A DNA stretch of 63,759 bases from Antechinus flavipes (lineage: Eukaryota). The position numbers were made by a program, and so were the translations under genes. Positions 13,501 through 25,391 of this stretch are shown piece by piece (position 1 is the first letter of the stretch; every line of letters starts with the position of its first letter). The DNA lies in NCBI RefSeq assembly GCF_016432865.1, contig NC_067401.1, forward strand, positions 481,492,001 to 481,555,759, given 5' to 3'. The notes beneath the pieces are model-generated. The model had not been told where the DNA came from, did not search any database, and saw only the letters and a program-made list of their open reading frames with translations.

Positions 13501-16500
13501 AACGATGGTTCCACGTGGCACGGTGCCGGCTGGTGGGGAGCCTCTGCTTTCTCGTTAACCGTCGGGCCAAAATGAGCCCAGGCAGCAGAGAAGCAGTCCA
13601 CGCTTTCTCGCACCTCGGCCCCACCGCCGACTCTCCTTCCACTTCGGTCTTGGCTTGCGCTCTTCTCCAGGTAGATCACTTACTGTCTGCAGGCTTCATT
13701 CTGGTGCTGTTTTTTGTCCTCGTTGAAGAAAACCACGTGCTAAAGAGCACGGGAGCAAGAACCCAGCCTCGCGTCAGTCTGCTGGTACCTGGGCGACCAC
13801 AAGAGCATCATCCAGGGTTCAGGGGAGCATGCTCTCGTGAAACTGGCATATGATGCAAGGAATTCTGACCCCACTTTTGCCATGGTCTTTCACAGGCCCT
13901 CGCGAGTGACAGTAGAGGAATTGGTTGAATTGGCAAACATTGTATACAGATCTTGGTTTTGTTCCTGATATTTTGTCTGAACATGTTGACTGTTCCTCAG
14001 CCCTTTCTGAAACTACCCTGGCTCTCGGGTAGATGACCATCTTTCTTTTTTTTATTTAAAGCCTTTTATTTCCAATATGCATAGATAATTTTTCAACATT
14101 AACCCTTGCAAAACCTTGCATCCAAATTTTCCCCTCCTTCCCACCACATTCTCCCCTAGATGGCAAGTAATCCAACATGTTAAACATGTTAAAATATATG
14201 TTCAATCCAATATATGTACACACATTTATACAATTATCATGCTGCACAAGAAAAAAAAACAGATCAAAAAAGAAAAAAAAGAAAAAGAAAAGAAAATGCA
14301 AGCAAACAACAAAAAAGAGTGAGAATGCTATGTGGTGAACCACACTCAGTTCCCACAGTCCTCTCTCTAGGGGTAGATGGCTCTCTCTATCACAAGATCA
14401 TTGGAACTGGTTTCAATCATCTCATTGTTGAAGAGCCACATACACAGAATTGATCATCATATAATCTTGTTGTTGTGTACAATGATCTCCTGGTCCTGCT
14501 CATTTCACTCAGCATCTGTTCCTGTCAGTCTCTCCAAGCTTCTCTGAAATCCTCCTGCTGGTCATTTCTTATAGAACAATAATATTCCATAACATTCATA
14601 TACCACAATTTACTCAACCATTCTCCAATTGATGGGCATCCACTCAGTTTCCAGTTTCTAGGCACTACAAACAGGGCTGCCACAAACATTTTGGCACATG
14701 CAGGTCCCTTTCCCTTCTTTAGTATCTCTTTGGGGTATAAGCCCAGTAGAAAGACTGCAGGATCAAAGGGTGTACACAGTTTGATAACTTTTTGGGCATC
14801 GTTCCAAATCGCTCTCCAGAATGGTTGGATCTGTTTACAGCGCCACCAACAATGTGTTAGTGAAATGGGTTGTGGTCCCTTTAAGAAATTTTCAGATTGA
14901 TTTATTCCCTTCTGATTCCCATCCTAGCTGATGCATTATCAATCCAAGAAGCTTGGACTTTTGATTCATAAATCCTGGTCAAAAGCACCCCTTTGAATTC
15001 CAATAGGAGATCTGGGCTCTCCCAGCCCCCATCCTAATGATCTGCTCAGGTTTCCCAACCTCCACCAGGCAAATTCTAGCCCTCCAGCCAACTTGGGACT
15101 CCACCCATGGGCTCCTTTAGTTAAATCTCTCATTATAAAAGAGGGGCCCTCTCTTTGCAGAGCCTGGCGTAAGGCTGGCATGGCAAGGATCTCTGCCCAC
15201 TGGAATCCTGTTTCCGGCGCCCTCTTATCTCTACCTTCACCTTTTACTAACTAGACTTTAACCTTACTTCCAAATCCCATAATAAACCTCTTTTATCAAT
15301 CTAGGTTTTTGGGTCTGTAAATTCCTTTACAGGGGACTCTTGCCCCACTACTAGACTTCATTTAACACCGTATCCTTGTGCCAAATCCAAAGGGGTGCAG
15401 GGGAGTTCCATTGGATTCTCTGTACCCCGAACCTGCCACTAGACCTCATTTTCATTTGGGTACCCCAAATCTATACCTCATCATTAGTGTCCCAGTTTCC
15501 CCACATTCGGATGACCATCTTTCAAGTGAAGGTTTGGCTGATTAAGGAAGATTCTAGCAAGAATCCTGCTAGTAGTAACAAAGATCACCTTCCTGTAGTT
15601 GTCACAGGACAACTTATTTCATTTTCCTTTATATAGTCACGACAATGGAAGCATCCTTGAACTCCTGGGGGATAACCTCCACATAAGCTGGAAAATTTCC
15701 ATCAGCTTGTACACGAGCAATTATTGCACAATAAAATAACAATAAAACAGTAGAAGTGATGCCTTTTGATTTGAGCACAAATTGGATTTAAGTGAGACAG
15801 AGTTGTGTGAACTCTTCAGCTTCACTCTCTCCCAATCACTGGAGTCCCATGGCAGGACAAAAGTCAGTACACAGCACTGGTTCTGGATGCAACGGATAAC
15901 CTTGGAGACTGACCCAGCTCCAAGAGCTCTAGGGGGCTTGCTTCTGCCATCTTCACAGTCCACTGAGACAAAATTTTCTCATTTGCTCCTTCTTCTAGTC
16001 TTCACATGCTTGGGGCTGAACCTTCCTAACTCGCAGGTAGGTCCGAGGCCCATTAGTTACCTTCAGCCTAATTTAGCCCATATGCTGACATGGTTTTACT
16101 GGGATATGGCTGCTGTTCATGCTACAGCTTCTCAGAGCTGTGGAGGAGCAGCGCTGAAAAGAGCTTGGTAGCCCTCACTCTAGAGAGCCTAGTGCTCCCT
16201 GAATACCCCATACACCTTATGATGGAAACAGAAGGTAGTTAGCTAGCTGACTGGCTCGGGGATGGCCAACCATGCTTCTGGTTACCCTTAAGTAGAAAGA
16301 TGGAATTAGTCAAGTAACAGCTCTGAAAAAAGAAAGATGGAATCAGTTAAGTGAAGGATCAGTTCTGAAAAAAGCAGCAGCCAGTTTTTGAGAATGAATG
16401 GCTGCTCACCCTTTGGGCCAGAGTCAGAAAGGGGACTTCTCTCTCTTCTTTATACCATCAAAAGTGCTGTCTTTCAGGTGAACTGATTGTTCAGTAGGAT

Positions 16501-19500
16501 GGTGCAATACAGAAAGTGTTGGGCTGGAGTTGGGAAAACCCGAGTCCAAATCCAACATCAAACTCTTATTTGTGGTATGACTTTGGGAAAGTCATTAAAC
16601 CTTGGTCTGCCTCAACTGTAAAATGGGGAGAATAATAGCATCTATCTCTCTGATAACATTACCTAGCTCTCTGAGTGGTTTTAAGAATCAAGTGAGATGA
16701 CATCTGGAAAGCACATAGTAGGTACTTAGCAAATGTTTATTCTCTTCTTCTCCTCACCCCAAGTGGAGTAAGCCAGTCATGACACAGTCCTGGAGGAGCT
16801 TTGTGAATTTAGAGAGCTTGCCCTGGTAAGCAAGAACTGAGCTGTGGAGAATAACAGTCAGGGATCCCAGCTGAACAATCTGCCCAGCACAGACACTGCA
16901 CTCAGGGGAAACCTCATGAAGACACTATTAAAGAAAGGAAAGGACATTGTGTTCCTACAGTCAGAGGTATTAGTGTCCAGGGTACCGTGTATTTCTTACA
17001 TATGTATCTCTCTAGCTTTATATTCCATATGTTTTTAAATTCTTCCAATTAATGCTGTGTGGGGAGGGTTTATGGAGAGAATGATTTATTTCTAATTTTT
17101 CATGCCATGCCATTTCAATAAACATCTTTTCTTTGAGCCAACTGTGCCATCTTTGAGCCAACTGTGTGTGTGGTCAATTATTAAAGGTAAACACATTGGT
17201 AGGGGCTCACGAGTAATATTTTTAGGACTGTAACCCTACAGAATAACTGAACCTTCAAGCAGTTGCCCTTCTGGAGTCCCAACCTGCAAATATGAGGTGG
17301 GAGAAGATAGTTGAAGAGAGTGGGCCGTAATGAATGGGTTTAATCTGGGATGCCCTACATACTTACAGGAGGAACCCACTGAAGAGTTTTCCAATCTGGG
17401 ATTTTCATCCCCGACACCAGCTAGTCAATCATGAATGTCTGGTATCTTGCTCCTTGGGGTTTACCCCAGCCCTTCTCCCAATGTCATGATCTTGCTCACC
17501 GAAGAATCTGCAATCTCTTTGAGAGTCTGGTCACTTCCAACAGCAAAAATGATTTTAGAGTCAGGAGAGATGGTCACACAGTTGTAGCTGCAGGACTTGA
17601 TCACGCACTCAGTCTCCCTCTTTCCTGAAGTCAGGTTCCACTCATACACGGCACCATCTGTGCCGCAGGAGATCAGCTTGCTGTCATCCAAATTCCATGC
17701 GACTGACTTGATCTGGAAGAGTAAAGATTAGCCCTGGTAAGGTGCTGTAAGCCTGGAAAATCCAGGTTAGCTAGCATGTTTTTGAGCTTTTATGTATAAG
17801 GCACTCATTATAAAGAAATGAGAATCTCTTTGGAACATTCAATCCAGACACAATAAGGACATACAAATTTAACTGATATAAACTAATCACTGTGATGAAA
17901 ACATCAAGAGCCTAAAAGCTGCCTTAGTTGGCAAATGCTTAATTAGTTTGCCCAGTGCAGACATAAGGCAATGCCAATTTAGAAGGGCAACTCCTCTGTC
18001 AAATCATATAGATGATGGATGGAAGAGATGGTCTTATCCGAGAAAAGCATTGAGGAAAACAGAAGAAAAATGATTGAACCCCTAAGAGAAAGTCATTTAT
18101 GACTGAAAACAGAAGTAAACAACAAACAGAAATAGTTCTACAATATGGCATCTTGTGTCTCTGTGGGGGAGGGGACAGAGAAATCACAATTGGAGGCCTG
18201 GTTGTGCATGTGTCTGTAGTAGAGTCTGGAAAAGCAATAAAGGGGAACCAAGATGGGATCTAGGCCAAATTAAGGAGTACTGGGGCAGTCTCACTTTCTG
18301 GCAGCATGCATGGGGCGAGGGTCCCAGTTACTCACCACATGAGTACCAAGCACTGAGTAATGTGGGAACAAGGGTTACCTTCCCCTTCCCTTTAAGACCT
18401 CGTGATCTTAAAAATCAGATTTGGGGCCTGTTTTATTCATCCACTTCAGTTCTAGACATAGGCAATGAGGTCTCTGGACTGGAGATCTTGAGCCATGATG
18501 AACATGGAGTCAGAGTGGTAACTGGATGCTGCCAGTGCAGCAGGGAAGGCATGAGAAGCAGGCTAAGGGGATGCAAACCCAAGGGGTTTTGGACTCAGAA
18601 CTTGTGGGGCCATGCCATGTAGGTAATGAGATAAGCTATGAACCACATTCAGAGTCTCCAGAGGCTGGGGAAATTGTCAGAGGGATTGTGCCTCCCAAAT
18701 ACTGGGGGAGGGCTGAAGTAACTATTCTTTTGTAAAAGCTGATTCGACTAGAAAGTGGTGGAATGGAACTAGGATGTAGAGGACCCCCAAAATTGGGTGG
18801 ACACAACTAGTGGAGGTTTGAGCCACTGGCAGAAACTAGATAACCCCAATCGCCTTCAGCATGCATACTAGAAAATTCTGGCTTTTAAGCAGTGAAGGCT
18901 GAGGTAATCACTGTTACATTTGAAACAAATATTTTTTTTAATTGTAAAGGTGGGATAGATTTATTCAACCTCACTCCACTAAGTGATAAGATACCCAATC
19001 AATCAATCATAGATCTCAACAAAGTCTAAAAACTCCTTTAAAGTTATTTGATGAAGTGAAATGATGCTAGATGGAAGAGGGGTTTTCTTTGGCTCTCTGG
19101 GTCTCATATAAAAGTATCAAGATGGTTGGAACTGAGGCATTCGAACAAATCAGAAAAAGAGGAAATGTTCAGCAAAGCTCTGAGGAAGAACTGCCCGAGA
19201 TGGGAAGGGGGAAGGAAGAAAGGCATCAGCTTCAGCCTATCACCTTTATCCTGAAGAAAACTGGCAAGTTCTGAAGGCCCAGAGGATTCTGGACTCCTTT
19301 TTTCATTAGAGTCATTTTCATCAGATTTCAGCACTGTCCCTTAAGGACAACAGCAACTGGTGGCAGTGTCTACATTGACAGCCAATTATTGACCAGATAC
19401 AAGTTCACTATGCTTCATGGAGCTTCTTAAGTACTCTATAAATGGAAGAAAAGGATTTCTAGCAATCAGAAGCTGAGATTTATCCCTTTACCATGTGCCT

Positions 19501-22500
19501 AAGTGTGAGCCCTATTTCCCATGGATTTTGCACATATTTGTGGCAGCGAATGTCAGACTTCAGAATGGTATATTTGGAATTTTACTCTACCCCCTTTATT
19601 ATTTTTTGCAAGGCAATTGGGGTTAAGTGACTTGCCCAGAGTCACACAACTAGCAAGTGTTAAGTATCTGAGGCCAGATTTGAACTCAGGTCCTCTGGAT
19701 TCCATCACTGCTCCATTTAGCTGCCTGAAAATATAAGGAGGAAGCACTGAAGTGGGGCTTAGAGTCAATGAAATTTAGAGTCTCACTCCCAACTCCAAAG
19801 AATCCATAGAATCCTAAGAGTCATCATTACCACCTCAGCCCCCAACTGCCTACATGTGATCTTGCTCTGGGTCCTGAGCTCAGATTGTGATAACAATATA
19901 AAGATCTATAGGGTTTATATGGACCACAGAAAAAAAAAGAGAAAGAAAAAAATCAGTAAAACTAATCAATGTATTAAAAAACAAGACAACCTGAACCTGT
20001 CCTATAGTCCATATCCATATTTTCTTTTAAACTTCTGCATCATTAGGTTTGGTTTGTTAAATTTTCTTCCCATTTACAATATTGTACAATTCACTTTGTT
20101 GTTCAGACATTTCGATCATATCCAATTTTTCATGACACATTTGGAGTTGTCTTGCCAAAAATGGTGGTTGGAGTGGTTTGCCATTTCCTCTTCTAGCCCA
20201 TTTTATAAATGAGGAAACTGAGGCAAGATAAATGACTTGCCCAGAATCACACAGCAAATGTAGGAGGCCTGATTTGAACTCAGGTTTTTCTGATTCTAAA
20301 TTCAGTGCTTTATCCACTATGCCACCTTGCTGCCCATTATTGTATCTACTACATATTGTTTTCCTGGTTCTGCTTTAGCAGTAAAGCACTTTGCATCAGT
20401 CCAAGTAAATCTTTCCATGTATTCATGTTCATTTTTCATTGTTTCTTCCATTACATTCATGTACTAACAACTGGTTTGGCCATTCTCCAATTGATGAATG
20501 AGTTCCCAGGTCCTTAACAATCACAGAAAATGCTGCTATAAACATCTGGGAGTACACAGAGACTTTTTTTTTAATGCCCAATTTTTTTTTTGGTGAAAAA
20601 TCTTTTATGAAAGTTCTAAGAAAAGTAGATCAACATTATGTTCATTTATGTTGGCTCTACATTTTTCCAATATTAAAAAAATGACTTCTTATATTAGGTG
20701 GCCAAATTTTCATATACCATACTATCCTCTGGAAAAAGCATTTTTGGCCTTTTTCAATAAAGATGATTTTGGATTCTAAAAGAAATTTTGATTCAGACAC
20801 CACCATTTCATGACTTCTATTTACTAGACCACTCTTAGTGGATGTAGCAGTACATACCTAGCATAAGTCTAGAAGTGGAATCTCTGGGTTAGAAAAGGCT
20901 ATGGGTCCATTTTATTTGCATACTTAAAAATTGCTTTCCAGAATTGGACCAATTCACAACTCCATCCACAATGCGTGAGTCCATTTTTTATGCAGGGTTT
21001 CTAGGTATGTTAAATTTGTTTTAGGGGAGCAACATGCTAGTGGCTGCTGGGTGTTATGGAAGCCACCTACTAGTGTCTGCTGGGGATCTAATTCTGACTA
21101 GCAAAATAGATCCCTTCATGTGAGAGGATGATAACGATACAAGGAACTGAGAGGTGCATTCTCTGACCTCTCTCCTCTTTCCTCCAATTTATTTCATTTC
21201 CAATTCACAAGCAACATCAGTAAAGGCTGATTTGTAATTCCTTCAGGGGTGTTATGACTCACAGTTGTAGAGAATTGACCTGCCCCTTCACACTTAGGCG
21301 TAGTCCTTAACAATTCCCCATTTTTTGTTTTATGGGAACATGATTATTTTTCCCCAACAGCATGATTGGTAAGTTTGTCCGATAAGGTGAAGCAGCTATT
21401 ATCTGTAACAGGAATGCAAACAGCACTATCACAAGTCTTTTCTGTCCTACTCCTCTGGATGGTTTCAGGGTGAGATGTTATAGCAGGTGTTGAATTTTGC
21501 AAGATGTAGCTTGCTCTAATATTGTAATAGTCCATCATGGAGGCAAACTTTTTTTCAAATGGACAAGCAAGAGTAGGCTTTTTTCATAAGTCCCTTATCA
21601 ATCTCCTGGCTTGGCTCTTTGATGTGTTAGCGCATTTTAATTACCCTGACTGAAAAAGTCTTATTGGATCTCTTCTCCCTTTCCTTCCTTATGGGTCACC
21701 GAAGGAACTCTCCTGGGAGGATCCTACTCATGAATAGCTCTCAAGCACAGCTGCTTCTTTCTTATGTTTCTTGTGCCCCACATTGGGCGCCATTTGTTAT
21801 GGGAGCCATCTGCTAGTGGCCGCTGGGGATCTCATTCTGACCAGCAGAACAGATCCCTTTATGTGAAAGGATGATAACATACAAGGCAACTAAGAGGCAG
21901 GTACATTCTCTGACCTCCTTCCTCTTCTCTCTTGCGTCCAATTTATTTCATTGCCAATCCACAAGCCACATCTGTATCAGTAAAGGCTGATTTGCAACTC
22001 CTTCAGGGGTGTTATAATTCACAGCTATGGGGAGAGTCAACCTTGGAGAATCAACCTGCCCCTTCATACTTAGGTATGGTCCTTAACAGGTATGAGATGA
22101 AATTTCCAAGTTGTTTTAATTAACATTTCCATTATCAGTGAAATGGAACATTCTTTCATGTTGTTATCAAGTTTGAAATTCTTCCACTGAGAACAATCCA
22201 CTTCTATCTTTTGATCCCTTATCTATTGGAGAATGGCTTTTGACTTTTTACATTTCTGTTATATATCTTGGATATTAAATCTTATTGGGAGATATTTGAT
22301 TTAAATACTTCCCCCCAGTCAACCACTCTTTATCTTATGCCAGATGTATTAATTTTGTTCACGCAAAAGTTTTTCTAACACATTAAGTCAGAACTATCTA
22401 TCTTTTGTGACTGACTCCATTTCTTGCTTGATTAACAACACATCTCCTCCCCAGAGCCACAAGAGGGATATGATGAGCTTCTTCTCATTTTTTAATGATA

Positions 22501-25346
22501 TGATCTTTTCTATTCAGGATACATATGCTGAACAGGATATTCAGCAGTCATCCAATTCACTGTGGACTATCACGTGAGATGCTGGTCTAAATCTAATTTG
22601 TGCCAGTTTGCTCTCTAATGTTTTCAGCAGTTCTTATTCCAAAAGGAGCTTTTCTCAAGGTAATTTAGAGTTTTGAATTTACTGAACACTGGTTTCTTGA
22701 ATTCCATTATTTCTGATTCTCCATTCTCTTGTCTATTTCAATGATTGATTTTTTTCTGTTTTTTAACTAGTACCAAATGTTTGTGATGACTGTTGCTTGA
22801 TATAGTTTGTACTGTGATCCAGATTTTTTTTTATGTGTGTGTGTGTATGTGTGTGTGTGTGTGAGAGAGAGAGACCAAACTTGATACAATTGGAAAGCAG
22901 CTAGCCATTGGTTTGGCCATGTACTTAATGATTCTTTAAAGAGCAAGGCACTCCCTTGGCAATCTACTGAAAAAGGAGAGAGCTCTGAGAAGTGTGAACT
23001 CTGGAACTCATTATGGAAGAACCAAGACCTTGAACCCACCTTGTACCTGATATGGAGCTGGCCCAGTTAGTCAAAGCACAAGACTGATGGAGCTTTATGA
23101 ATCAAGAGAATCACTCCTGATCACAGGCTGCAGAGAAGATCAGGCCTAAGGAAACCAATTGAATGAGATGCCCAGAAGAGACCCTGCCATGTCAGGATAT
23201 CCCAAGAACAGGAAGGGCATGCTGGAAACATGAGCCATCTTGGTCACATGGGTTTCTTATCCATTTCCCTCTAGCAGGGTGCTGTGTGTGTATGTGTGCC
23301 CACATCCCTCTAGAGAGTGCTCTACCTGTATGCTTATTTTTACCTCTGATATCACATGTATTTGTGGCAGGGTGTACTGCAGGCTTATAAAGGGGTGTTT
23401 TCTAATTTTCTCATGATGCTATCTCAGTAAAGACCTTTGCTTTGAGCCAAGTGTGTCCTCTGGCTGACCATCAAAGACACACACACTGATGGGGACTGTG
23501 AACTCTAGTTTTATTAGTGTGGTCCTTGAATCTGGAGACCCTGTCTGCACGTGCCCAAGGGGATGATCCAGGAGAGAACAAGAGTGACATTCTATAGTAA
23601 ATGGCATCTTTATCATCACATAATTAATTGAAAATCAAAAGACACAACACCATACTGTGTTTGTTTGTTGACTGTTAAAAAAAAAAAAAAAGATCAACTG
23701 CCTTGAAAGCCCTCTCCCAAAAATGCGCTGTCTCCTATATATATATATGTCCAAATGATCTGAGATTCTTTGAGCAAGATAACCTCAATTAGTATGCCTC
23801 TGCTCATTAATATCAGGAAAGGAATAAAACAGGGAAAAGGAGGGATATTGAATGTGTTTGCCACTGTGATGAAGGAGGTCAGTTAAATGTTTTTAAAGTA
23901 CCTACGATGTGCCAAGTACTTGTCTAAGGGCTGGGGATCAAGAAGAAGCAAAAGACAGCCCTGACAGAGTTCACAATCAAACAGGAGAGTCAACAATAAA
24001 TATATATGAACAGGCTAAGTTTAGGGCAAACAGGAAATACTTAAAAAAGAAAAGGCAGCAGAGTTAGGTGGGGTTGCAAAAGAAAGGCTTCCTGTGGAGG
24101 ACGGGATTTTAGTTGGTACTTAAGAGAAGCCAGGAGGCAGAGATGAAGAACCAGGGTTTTCCAGTCTGAGGATTTTGTATTTGCTCTTACAGATAACAAG
24201 AAGTCACTGGAATTTATTGAGTAGACGACACGATCAGACCTGAACTTCAGGAAAATCATTTGAGTGGCTGAATGGAGTGGATGGCCTGTAGTGGGGAGAG
24301 ACCCTCCCGCAGCTACTGAGATGGCCCAAGTGAGGTGATAAGGTTCTGCGTCGGTGTCAGAGGAGAGAAAGGGGAGTATTTCAGAGATGCTGCAGAAGTG
24401 ATATCAACCGGCCTCGACAAGAGAGTGGATATGGGGGTGAGAGAAGCCTGGTGGTCGGGGGCAGGACTGTGTTAGGTGGCAAAGAAGGCAATGAAAAGTA
24501 AAGGACCATTAGGGCTGGAAAAGAATTTGGGCCATGTGCTCCCGCAGTGGCTTTGCCATGTCAGAAGAAGACATTCTTCTGGAGACATAGCAGGAAATGG
24601 ACCAGGGTCCTAGAGGGGGAAAACACTTCATTAAATCCCCCACAGGCAGATGAGGGAAAAATGGAAGGGCAGGGAGTAATACTGAGCCAAGGGGGCAAGG
24701 ACATAAGAGCCAAGGGGAAGCTTTTCCAGGCTAAAGCCCACCAGGAAGGGACAACTTCCTCCATCATTCAGGGATGGCTCTTGTTCCTTTCCTTTAGGGT
24801 GACAAGCGGCCCCACGGTCTACTGTGAGTGACCAGAACATGGATGGAGACGAGCCTTGATATAGTCCTTGTGACCCAAGTCGGGGTTACTGGCTACAGTT
24901 CTGGGAGCAAGGAGAGAGAAAGAAATGCCAGGGGCAAGGGGCCACGAGTGCTCGACAAGTGGAGATCAAGTGAAGGACCTGGGTACGTGGAGCAAGAAGA
25001 GAACACGTGGGCTGTTTTTCAAGTATCTAAAGAGAACACTTGTTTACTTGACTCAAAAGGGCAGAACCTGAAGTCCTGAGAGAAGTTTCAGGAAGTCCAG
25101 GCCTGTTTCAGTGTCTGGAAAGGCTTCCCAACAACAAAATGTGTACAAGTGGAAGAGGCTGCCATGGGGAGGGGGGGCTGGAGGCCCGTGGTCATGGATA
25201 TTGGGAAGGGACTTGTGCTCGGCCTCCGAGGCTCCTCCTGTGACTGCAAACTCAGTTTGAGTCAATCTGTCATCTGGCAGCCCCAAAGTGCATTGTGACA
25301 TTCACCTTGGGCCCAGGCCAGAAGGCGCATACATGTGTGTGAGTGT

Positions 25347-25391
<45 letters not shown>

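Larger units (their letters stand above)
13150..15710 (-). mobile_element. RTE-clade LINE reverse transcriptase fragment, interrupted by L1 (14046-15509)
   Basis: Degraded translation [32 protein letters not shown] (spans the L1 insertion), [51 protein letters not shown], as in RTE ORF. Confidence 0.85.

Noticed and set aside
13083-13679. 198-aa ORF as a novel nested gene
   Set aside because: It is the degraded C-terminal RT region of an RTE LINE; the open frame reflects GC-rich composition.
18950-19560. Coding-like segment (possible retrocopy or viral relic)
   Set aside because: All frames have stops and I could not match any to a protein family; a TBLASTX/BLASTX search is needed.
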